33,468 bases of DNA from a virus. Shown here one piece after another: positions 7,794 through 15,258 of this stretch (position 1 is the first letter of the stretch; every line of letters starts with the position of its first letter). The notes below the pieces were generated by a model. The model saw only the letters and a list, made by a program, of their open reading frames with translations, made no database searches and had not been told where the DNA came from. The DNA is taken from UHGV virus genome UHGV-0120943; one strand, given 5' to 3'. A program made the position numbers and the translations under genes.

Positions 7794-8464
7794 TGAATAA
7801 CGAGTATTTATTGGAATATACCCGCATAAAACTGCGCGCTGCATTGCGGAATTTGTCTGGTGGTTCTAAGGGGCAACTGGAAGCATTGTGTGAGCACCCA
7901 CCGGCAGACAAAAACGCATACCCACGCAAACATATTCACCGTGTGCAGCTGGAGGACCGGACCGTTGATGCTCTGGTTACGCCAGTTTACGCTCTGGAAA
8001 GTTTTAGCAGACGTCGCCCCGCGCCGCCGATGAATGATTTTGAATTTGCTGATTCATCCTGGCGGCGTTCTGTGAACTCGCTGGATGCAAGTCAGCAAGC
8101 GTGGTTGCGTTATTGCTACGGTGGTAACCTGGCGTTCAAACACCAAACAGCTATTTGTGAGGCTGTCTGGAGTCGCTATAAAGGACACATCCCCGCGTCA
8201 ACTCAGAGAAAAGTAGTTAAGCGCCTGCTTTCGTTGGTGTGGTTGTCCGTGCAGGCGGTTGCAGCAGCAAATAAACGCGAGGATTTTAAGGAGATGGCCG
8301 GGTCTGCGCTAGCTGGAATGTTGTCTGTTTCTCGTTCCACCTGGTGCGAAACATACTCCCCGCACTGGGCAGGAATGAAAGAGGCGGTGAGAGCACTTGA
8401 TGAAATGGCACTTCTTGCAACTTTGCATCATTATCAGAACCATTTAGACGACGTTTGCGTATAA
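7793..8464 (+). CDS. Putative late-gene antiterminator (Q-like)
   Basis: 223-aa ORF at the end of the nin region, immediately before the lysis cassette. Call is positional; no motif verified. Confidence 0.45.
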   Translation: MNNEYLLEYTRIKLRAALRNLSGGSKGQLEALCEHPPADKNAYPRKHIHRVQLEDRTVDALVTPVYALESFSRRRPAPPMNDFEFADSSWRRSVNSLDASQQAWLRYCYGGNLAFKHQTAICEAVWSRYKGHIPASTQRKVVKRLLSLVWLSVQAVAAANKREDFKEMAGSALAGMLSVSRSTWCETYSPHWAGMKEAVRALDEMALLATLHHYQNHLDDVCV

Positions 8465-8532
8465 TGCTTGCAAAACCGAACAAAATAGACCATATTTAAC
8501 GCTAATTTGGTATGTTGCCAAATTTCTAAGAA

Positions 8533-8560
8533 CCTCGCCACGGCGGGGTTTTGTCGTTTC
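8533..8560 (+). terminator. Intrinsic terminator in the Q-holin intergenic region (tR'-like)
   Basis: CCUCGC-CACG-GCGGGG (one G-U pair) followed by UUUUGUCGUUUC, 17-45 bp before the holin start. Confidence 0.45.
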
Positions 8561-8576
8561 TGAATCAGGAAAAATC

Positions 8577-8960
8577 ATGTCTGAACCTCTAACCGCTGGC
8601 GTTGCTGCTGGCTCGGCGGGGGTGACGTTTGCTGCGTTATTTCCTGAGGCAACACCTGCAGTGATGATCTGTGCGCTGGCAGGCGCAGCTCTCTATGTGT
8701 TGTCATCCGGGCAGCATCGATTCTGGAAGCAGGTTATTTTCGCACTCATTTCGTTTGTTGGCGGTGTGTATTGCGCTGAGACAGCGTCAGCAATCATTAC
8801 CGGTATTCTGAATGCGATGCTGAGTCACCTGAACCCTCCCGTAACAGTAAAAGTCTCTCCCGCCATTGGTGCACTGGTTGCATCAGTAATCAGCGTTACA
8901 TCACTGTTGCGGATCATGTCACAAGCTCGTTTATGGAAATCAGATAAGGGGATGAAATAA
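8577..8960 (+). CDS. Putative holin
   Basis: 127-aa protein with several hydrophobic helices, first gene after the Q region. Confidence 0.6.
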   Translation: MSEPLTAGVAAGSAGVTFAALFPEATPAVMICALAGAALYVLSSGQHRFWKQVIFALISFVGGVYCAETASAIITGILNAMLSHLNPPVTVKVSPAIGALVASVISVTSLLRIMSQARLWKSDKGMK

Positions 8961-9235
8961 TGACCCTGCACTCTGTCCTCATCAATGCCAATGCAATTAT
9001 CTGTCTGATGCTGGCACTGCGGTTAATGTTTTTTCAAAAAACAGGCCGCTATCGTTTTTTCATCTCACTAACTGCTTACCTGGCGATTCTGTCTGCTGCG
9101 TGGATAGCCCTACGAATTTTTTACGGGAAATATACGCAGGTTGATCCCGCAGAGTTCTTTCTCAACCTCACCATCTGTATTGCTGTCTGGCGGGCACGAG
9201 GGAATATTTCAAAAATAACAGGAGACAGGTCATGA
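8960..9235 (+). CDS. Holin-like/antiholin-like small membrane protein
   Basis: 91-aa protein with about three hydrophobic segments; 1-nt overlap with the upstream gene. Confidence 0.5.
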   Translation: MTLHSVLINANAIICLMLALRLMFFQKTGRYRFFISLTAYLAILSAAWIALRIFYGKYTQVDPAEFFLNLTICIAVWRARGNISKITGDRS

Positions 9236-9714
9236 CCGATCCTAAATGGCTAATTGAGGCTCGAAAAAACCTCGGCATTCGGGAAATGAAAGGGAAGCAA
9301 CATGCTGCAGAAATTGTGCAGTACTGGAAAGATATTAAACGCGGCGGTATTAAGGATGACGAAACACCATGGTGCGCCGCCTTCACCGGAGCAATGCTGG
9401 AACGTGTTGGTATTCGCTCAACGCGTTTTGAGTCTGCGAATTCTTATCTCGATTGGGGTAATGAACTGAAGGAACCCGCCTATGGATGCATTGCTATTCT
9501 GTCTCGGTCTGGCGGTGGTCACGTTGGCTTTGTTGTCGGGAAAAATGCCGCCGGGGATTTAATGATTTTGGGTGGTAACCAGGCAGATGAAGTAAATATC
9601 AAAGCTTTTTCTCGTTCCCGCATAACAGGCTATCGCTGGCCTGTTGATGTGCTGGATGTGCCGTCAACCTTGCCGCTGCTGATGGGAGGTGAATTATCAA
9701 CTTCGGAGCAGTAA
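9232..9714 (+). CDS. Putative endolysin, TIGR02594-like CHAP/NlpC-P60-type peptidase
   Basis: 160-aa ORF with candidate catalytic Cys (ETPWCAAF) and His (GGHVGFVVG), plus LGGNQAD. Sits at the endolysin position. Confidence 0.65.
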   Translation: MTDPKWLIEARKNLGIREMKGKQHAAEIVQYWKDIKRGGIKDDETPWCAAFTGAMLERVGIRSTRFESANSYLDWGNELKEPAYGCIAILSRSGGGHVGFVVGKNAAGDLMILGGNQADEVNIKAFSRSRITGYRWPVDVLDVPSTLPLLMGGELSTSEQ

Positions 9715-9716
9715 CC

Positions 9717-9908
9717 ATGAAAAAGTTCTTTCTACTGGCAGCGTTGGTGCTTGCGGGTTGCTCAAACACGACGTACACGGAAGCAACGCATCCCAACGGC
9801 ACGACCGTAAAGCACATTTCTATCGCACCGGGTACGAAGATCACAACCGCAAGTGGTGGCTGTATCGACTCTACCGGGGCTGCGGCTTCATGCCCATTGG
9901 ATCAATGA
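9717..9908 (+). CDS. Small lipoprotein (possible o-spanin/Rz1-like)
   Basis: 63-aa ORF with signal peptide and lipobox LAGC. No partner i-spanin recognised. Confidence 0.5.
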   Translation: MKKFFLLAALVLAGCSNTTYTEATHPNGTTVKHISIAPGTKITTASGGCIDSTGAAASCPLDQ

Positions 9909-10107
9909 GGGTAATTGGCATAGGCAATTTAACCGTATAAGTGCGCCTTCACCGGCTTCCTGCAAATAAGTGCATTTCGTAATTTATAAAGTTCTAAGAA
10001 GCAAGTCCATAAGCTTAACATTACAGCACAAACGATCTGTTTTTAGTTCTATGGGTGTTCTCTTTTTTCGGGAATATATTTTAGTAACCAGAATTAAATT
10101 CTAAAAG

Positions 10108-10131
10108 GCCTCGCAACTGCGGGGCTTTTTT
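10108..10131 (+). terminator. Rho-independent terminator
   Basis: GCCUCGC-AACU-GCGGGGC followed by TTTTTT. Confidence 0.55.
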
Positions 10132-10284
10132 ATATCCGTATTTCGCTGCGCACCGCATGCGCATATCAACCACCGAACCAGACCCTTTGGAATGAGCCGT
10201 TGAGGATGTCAGTTAGTGCTGGCGAGCCTCGGTGGGCTGACTTCCTATGCGGCAACGGTTCATCTCAAAGAGTAGGTACACGCT

Positions 10285-10782
10285 ATGAAATCATTAACCC
10301 TCTTCAATCAACCAATCCGCGTCGGGGATGATGGCATGATCTGCCTCACCGACATGTGGAAAGCCAGCGGCAAAAGTGACGCTGAATCGCCGTACCACTA
10401 TCTGCGAAACAAGCAGACAAAAGAGTTCCTGGCCGAGCTGGAGAAAAACCACGAATCTGTGGTTTTCACTGCCCGCGGCGTACACGGCGGAACCTATGGC
10501 GGGAAGTTTGTTGCTTACGATTATGCGGCTTGGTTAAACCCAGGGTTCAAGTATGCAGCCTATAAAGTACTCGATGACTACTTCACCGGAGAGCTTCGGC
10601 ATCGTAATAGCTTAAGTGCGCAGCTCAACATGAAGTGTTATGAGTTTGACCAGAAGAAAGACATGGCGAGCTTCTGTGGGCAAGGACTCGCGGCATGGCG
10701 TTATACAAAGCCTGTGCTGATCGCTGAGATGAACACCTTGGCAAACCAACTGCAGATTACGCTCCCTGGACTTCCTGGATGA
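10285..10782 (+). CDS. KilA-N domain protein
   Basis: 165-aa ORF; N-terminus LTLFNQPIRVGDDGMICLTDMWKASGK resembles the KilA-N/APSES-type domain common in prophage accessory genes. Confidence 0.6.
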   Translation: MKSLTLFNQPIRVGDDGMICLTDMWKASGKSDAESPYHYLRNKQTKEFLAELEKNHESVVFTARGVHGGTYGGKFVAYDYAAWLNPGFKYAAYKVLDDYFTGELRHRNSLSAQLNMKCYEFDQKKDMASFCGQGLAAWRYTKPVLIAEMNTLANQLQITLPGLPG

Positions 10783-11021
10783 GTAATCGCGTCATCGAAT
10801 GCGCCTCCAGAGCGGGGCGTGACTTCTCAGAGTTCATGAAAGGCGAGAAGGGTATGGAGGACGCGCTGTCCTCGGTGGATCAGTTTGGCGAGCAGATTCG
10901 ACTCAACGGCTGCGTCAATCATCACTTTGTCAGTTACATGATGAGGAACTCGATCATGCAGGCATTCATGGACATGGCAAGCGCTGAGAAAAAAGAAGAG
11001 CGCCGACGTAAACGAGCGTAA
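10779..11021 (+). CDS. Hypothetical protein
   Basis: 80-aa ORF, ATGA-coupled to the KilA-N gene; basic C-terminus. Confidence 0.45.
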   Translation: MSNRVIECASRAGRDFSEFMKGEKGMEDALSSVDQFGEQIRLNGCVNHHFVSYMMRNSIMQAFMDMASAEKKEERRRKRA

Positions 11022-11171
11022 GCAAAAGCTGAGTAGTCATTCCAAAGCTCATCCCCGGGTGGGCTTGATAATGGATAGTCATCACAGATTTAAAATGTGG
11101 CAATGAAGTCTCTTTAATAAGCCAATTCTTAGCATTATTCTGACCTCTCCAATTGAAAAGGAGGTTGAGTA

Positions 11172-11363
11172 ATGTCAGATGAAATCCGTCGCTGTAAAAT
11201 CGTCAGTATGTATGAACAACCCGAGGGAACGTTCATTAAGTTCGCCCCAGTGAAATTCTATGACGAAGGCAACAACCCTCATGTCGGCGAGCAAGCAATC
11301 GTAGAGATGGATAACGGCAAAGTGATTACCGTAAACCCGGGTGAGATTCACTTTATTAAATAG
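11172..11363 (+). CDS. Small hypothetical protein (moron-like)
   Basis: 63-aa ORF with strong RBS (AAAGGAGG) and its own terminator. Confidence 0.55.
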   Translation: MSDEIRRCKIVSMYEQPEGTFIKFAPVKFYDEGNNPHVGEQAIVEMDNGKVITVNPGEIHFIK

Positions 11364-11385
11364 TGACAAAACTGATTGTGATGAA

Positions 11386-11406
11386 ACCCACTGCGGTGGG
11401 TTTTTT
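11386..11406 (+). terminator. Rho-independent terminator
   Basis: ACCCAC-TGCG-GTGGGT followed by TTTTTT. Confidence 0.6.
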
Positions 11407-11440
11407 ATTGCTATCACCATGGGCAGACCCATCGTAATGG

Positions 11441-11467
11441 CAAAAGCAGGGCGAGGTTATCGCCCTG
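11441..11467 (-). terminator. Hairpin terminator for the minus-strand two-gene unit
   Basis: 8-bp stem CAGGGCGA/TCGCCCTG; minus-strand transcript continues CUUUUG. Confidence 0.4.
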
Positions 11468-11471
11468 TGTC

Positions 11472-11741
11472 TTAACCGCGTGCCTCACGACCCTCCTCGT
11501 CCTCAGGTACACGATATCGCCAGTATTTGTCCGGCCTAACCCAAACAACATCCCCGCCGCTATCAACTCTGAACTTATTTATGACTTTTGTTGAAAGTGC
11601 TTGGTTGCCGTCTGCATTTTCCTTCAAATGTTGCTCATTACCAACTTTGACCAAATAATCAACGACGTCCTGCTGGTATAAGCATCCATCTTTTTGTAGT
11701 GCAGATAACATCCAATTTGATACATCTGCAACAGCTAACAC
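11472..11741 (-). CDS. Hypothetical protein
   Basis: 89-aa minus-strand ORF immediately downstream of the DUF2158-like gene. Confidence 0.5.
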   Translation of the reverse strand: MLAVADVSNWMLSALQKDGCLYQQDVVDYLVKVGNEQHLKENADGNQALSTKVINKFRVDSGGDVVWVRPDKYWRYRVPEDEEGREARG

Positions 11742-11755
11742 AGTGGTTGATTGGG

Positions 11756-11974
11756 TTATGGCTTTGGGATGAATTTATCTAACGACTCTTCTGGGAAATT
11801 ACCACTGTCTAATTTCCTTCCTGCAAACCATTGGCAACGGTAGTTACCATTGAAGGTATCCGATAAGGTAGTAAGTGGTTTTTCAACAGTCATTGCTGGG
11901 CCACCTGATTTCAATACGACTAGCTCCCCTTTATTAAATTTTGCAACTGGAGTTTGTGAAGGTGCTTTAGCCAT
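11756..11974 (-). CDS. Small protein, YodC/DUF2158-like
   Basis: 72-aa ORF; FNKGELVVLKSGGPAMTV resembles the DUF2158 signature (KxGDxVxLKSGGPxMTV). Confidence 0.5.
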   Translation of the reverse strand: MAKAPSQTPVAKFNKGELVVLKSGGPAMTVEKPLTTLSDTFNGNYRCQWFAGRKLDSGNFPEESLDKFIPKP

Positions 11975-12081
11975 TTTATGTCCTTAAAAGTTAGTGATAT
12001 GACAATGATTAGATGGCGACAATAGGTATAAATTTCAATAATAACAACTTGACTTAGCTCACAAAATTTAAAGGAAATCTT

Positions 12082-12246
12082 ATGGCAAAACCGAACTGGG
12101 GAGCACTGCAACACCAGTTCCTCGCCGACCATGCCAAAACGGGTATATCACCGAAAGAATGGTGTGACGCGTAGGGACTGAGCTACGCAACAGCTCGCCG
12201 ACGTATAAAAAACAACTGCGCAATGTGCCAAAGAGCTGGTGGCTGA
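12082..12246 (+). pseudogene. Fragment of a small-terminase-like gene with in-frame amber codon
   Basis: Good RBS (AAGGAAA) and ATG at 12082 encode MAKPNWGALQHQFLADHAKTGISPKEWCDA, then TAG at 12172-12174. The same frame continues GLSYATARRRIKNN... and stops again after about 23 codons. The N-terminus resembles an HTH-type small terminase subunit as I recall it. Confidence 0.4.
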
Positions 12247-12439
12247 TGAAAGAGACGTTTTACTTAAACGAGAGGCCGCCTTTTTTGTTTCAAGGCGGCA
12301 CACATTCAACAGATTAAGGTAACCGATTTGACCATTTAGTTGCGCGCCAGTTGTTCTGAACCATAATCACCTGAAGTATCTCATCTGAAGGCTCCGCTTC
12401 GCGGCGTAAACATTCTCTTAAAGTTGAACAATGTAGATA

Positions 12440-12625
12440 AGAGGAGCTCGCACGAGTTTGATAGACCTGATGCGAGCCCCCGATTCCTGTCCTGAAAGGG
12501 AGATAGCCCCCCTGGTCGCGGGTCCTTTCCGAAATCCAAAACACCGAGGGTCGGTAGACGCGCAAAAACTCGCTCGTTTTTAGTATTTTTTCATTTTGGG
12601 TATTTCCGGTTCCGGTGAGGATTTT
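12440..12625. other. Putative cos/packaging-signal region
   Basis: Non-coding stretch directly upstream of the terminase genes, with T-rich and TTCCGGTT elements (TTTCCGGTTCCGGTGAGG). Inferred from the lambda-like gpA terminase; termini not determined. Confidence 0.25.
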
Positions 12626-12627
12626 TA

Positions 12628-13176
12628 ATGGCAAGTCAGGCTGAGGTATCAGATCGTCGTCTGCGCGATCTCGCAAAACTTCCGGGAGCTCCAGTCCCAC
12701 AGGGACGTGGCGATTGGGAACTTGACGCATGGCGCCATTTTTATATTCGTTATCTCCGGAGCAATAGACGCGACACAACTAGTAATGACGAACCGGAAGC
12801 GGGGGACAATTCTCCCGAAAAAAATCGCGAGCAGTGGCTGAAAAATGAGGAACGACAGGAGCGAATCCTGATGGCACGAGTAAAACGCCGCATTCTCGCT
12901 AAACGTTACGCGCCAATTGAATTAATTAGCGTCGCTGTATCTCGCGTCGCCGTTGAATTACGTACCCGCGTCGAGTCGTGGCCACCACGATTGAAAAAGG
13001 TGTGGCCTGAAATGCCGCAGGAGGCGAGCAGTGTATTACGAGAGGAGCTGGCGATAGCCCTGAATGAACTGGCAGACATACGAGTCGACTTCAGCGATTA
13101 CGATGTCAGCGATATCGAACGCGATCTCGACAGGGTTGAATCCCTTGCGCGTGACGATACCGATGACGGGGGTTGA
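12628..13176 (+). CDS. Putative terminase small subunit (Nu1 position)
   Basis: 182-aa ORF directly upstream of and overlapping the gpA-like gene. Positional call; no strong motif match. Confidence 0.5.
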   Translation: MASQAEVSDRRLRDLAKLPGAPVPQGRGDWELDAWRHFYIRYLRSNRRDTTSNDEPEAGDNSPEKNREQWLKNEERQERILMARVKRRILAKRYAPIELISVAVSRVAVELRTRVESWPPRLKKVWPEMPQEASSVLREELAIALNELADIRVDFSDYDVSDIERDLDRVESLARDDTDDGG

Positions 13177-15025
13177 GTGGGCTGATAAATATTTTTATCT
13201 CCCTGAGGGCTCCAGCCACATCGCTGGCCACTGGACGACTCAGCCGGTCCAGGTAGTGATGCTCAATATGATGACTAACGACGCGATAAAAATCGTGTCT
13301 GTTCGCAAATCAGCTCGTCTCGGTTATACAAAAATACTCGTCGCGGCGCTGCTCTATTTCGCTGAGCACAAAAAACGTAGTGCCGTGGTCTATCAGCCTA
13401 TCGATGACGAATCGGATGGATTTGTCGCCGACGAGGTTGACCCCGCTATCGCCGAAATGCCGGTGATTCAGAAAATTTTCCCCGACTGGGATAAAAGCAA
13501 CGAGCGTAACAATCTCCAGCGTAAAGAAATGAACGGCGCGATTATTGATTTTCGCGGCGCGAGTACGCCAGGAAATTTCCGGCGACTAACGAAACAGGTT
13601 GTCGAGGGTGACGAAGTTGACGGCTGGCCGCTGGAAGTTGCCAAAAAAGGCAAAGGCGAGGGCTCGCCCATCGAACTGGCGCTCGTTCGAATTAAAGGGG
13701 CAGCGTACCCGAAGGCGATTTTCGGTTCGACACCGACAGTCACCGGTAAAAGTCATATCGAAATGTTGGAAGACGCTGCTGATCTGACGTTTCGTTTTTA
13801 CCTGACATGTCCGCATTGTGGCGAGGAGCAGGTCCTGGTATTTGGTTTCGACGGTATCGAATACGGTCTCAAGTGGGATGACAGCCTGCAGACCAACGAG
13901 GCGAAATCGTCGTCCGCGTATTACCAGTGCTGCCACTGCCCGGAGCATTTTTACTATCGCGATCTCGAAAAAATGGAGCTCGGGGGGCGCTGGATAGCCG
14001 AGGACTGCACCTGGACCCGTGACGGCATTCATTTTTTTGATCATGACGGTGGCGTCGTTCGCGCGCCGAAACACGCTGCGATCGTGATAAACGCCCTGTA
14101 TTCACTGAATCTCGACGGCTGGGGCGAGATTGTCAGCGAGTGGCTGAAAGCGAAAGGCGACCCGCTCAAGGAAAAGACGTTTCATAACACGACGCTCGGC
14201 GAACTCTGGAGCGACGTGGCCAGCGAGCAGCTGGAGCACGATATTCTGGTTAATCGCCGGGAAAAATACGCCAGCCAGGTTCCTGACGGTGTTGTTTATA
14301 TAACCGGCGGCATCGACTCTCAGACGTCCGGGCGCTACGAGTGTTATGTGTGGGGCTGGGGAGCCGAGGAGGAGTGCTGGCTGATTGATAAAACAATCGT
14401 CCTCGGTCGCTACGACGAGGAGGACACGCTGCAGCGCGTCGACGGAGTGATTCGCAAACAATACCGGCGCAGCGACGGGACCACAATCGGCGTCAGTCGC
14501 TGGGCGTGGGATACCGGTGGTATAGATGCGCAGGTCGTTTATAACCGCTCGCTGAAACTCGGTCCGCTGTGGGTCATTCCAATTAAAGGTGCGAGCTCAT
14601 ACGGTCAGCCAGTCGTAAATATGCCGCGTACACGTAACGCGAATAAAGTCTATTTGTCGTTAATCGGTACTGATACGGCAAAAGATTTGCTCGCAATGCG
14701 CCTGCCGCTGGAACCCGATTCTAAATCGGCGACACCAGGTGCGATTCATTTTCCCAACGACGTCGAAATATTCGGCACAACAGAGGCAAAACAGCTCGTT
14801 TCTGAAGTTCTGATCCCGAAACTGATTAACGGTCGCGTCGTTTATCGCTGGGACAACCAGGGCCGGCGAAATGAAGCTCTCGACTGCTGGGTATACGGGC
14901 TGGCTGCGCTGCGTATCAGTAAAATTCGTTTCCAGCTCAATCTCGAGGCGCTCGCTGAGCAACGGAAAAAATCACAAAACAAACTGTCTCTCGAGGAGAT
15001 GGCGAGAATGCTCGGAGGGAGCTAA
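13064..15025 (+). CDS. Terminase large subunit (lambda gpA-like)
   Basis: Blocks matching lambda gpA: VEWADKYFYLPE, CPHCGEEQ, IPIKGASSYGQPV, GTDTAKD, NEALDCWVYGLAALRIS. True start may be an internal Met at about 13103 or 13163. Confidence 0.9.
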   Translation: MNWQTYESTSAITMSAISNAISTGLNPLRVTIPMTGVEWADKYFYLPEGSSHIAGHWTTQPVQVVMLNMMTNDAIKIVSVRKSARLGYTKILVAALLYFAEHKKRSAVVYQPIDDESDGFVADEVDPAIAEMPVIQKIFPDWDKSNERNNLQRKEMNGAIIDFRGASTPGNFRRLTKQVVEGDEVDGWPLEVAKKGKGEGSPIELALVRIKGAAYPKAIFGSTPTVTGKSHIEMLEDAADLTFRFYLTCPHCGEEQVLVFGFDGIEYGLKWDDSLQTNEAKSSSAYYQCCHCPEHFYYRDLEKMELGGRWIAEDCTWTRDGIHFFDHDGGVVRAPKHAAIVINALYSLNLDGWGEIVSEWLKAKGDPLKEKTFHNTTLGELWSDVASEQLEHDILVNRREKYASQVPDGVVYITGGIDSQTSGRYECYVWGWGAEEECWLIDKTIVLGRYDEEDTLQRVDGVIRKQYRRSDGTTIGVSRWAWDTGGIDAQVVYNRSLKLGPLWVIPIKGASSYGQPVVNMPRTRNANKVYLSLIGTDTAKDLLAMRLPLEPDSKSATPGAIHFPNDVEIFGTTEAKQLVSEVLIPKLINGRVVYRWDNQGRRNEALDCWVYGLAALRISKIRFQLNLEALAEQRKKSQNKLSLEEMARMLGGS

Positions 15026-15258
15026 TGACCGCGCGCGAGGTTTTAACAGAACGGCTGCTGGAAGCGGAAATCGCTCTGCACAAATTATTAACGGGTAAAT
15101 CGACCGTGTCGCTGTCTCACGGCGATTCAGCGGGAAATAACCGGAGCTATCAGTACTCCCAGGCGAGTATTGAACAGCTCCGAACGTACATTATCGAGCT
15201 GAAATCACAGCTCGGTCTGAGTACGGGACGCCGCCGTCCCGTGGGAGTTCGATTATGA
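15025..15258 (+). CDS. Head-tail joining protein (lambda gpW-like)
   Basis: 77 aa; LHKLLTGK ... LRTYIIELKSQLG ... RRRP parallels lambda gpW (LHDLMTGK ... LKKYIAELEVQTG ... RRRGP). Confidence 0.8.
   Translation: MTAREVLTERLLEAEIALHKLLTGKSTVSLSHGDSAGNNRSYQYSQASIEQLRTYIIELKSQLGLSTGRRRPVGVRL

Noticed and set aside
9689-9940. ORF 9689-9940 overlapping the lipoprotein gene, considered as a possible Rz-like i-spanin
   Set aside because: No N-terminal transmembrane segment or coiled-coil character, and a His/Arg/Cys/Trp-rich composition. The lipoprotein frame is the plausible one.
12314-12778. Minus-strand ORF of 154 aa spanning the putative cos region and the terminase-small start
   Set aside because: Overlaps the predicted packaging-signal region and the 5' end of the small-terminase gene in antisense, with no RBS. 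Likely spurious.
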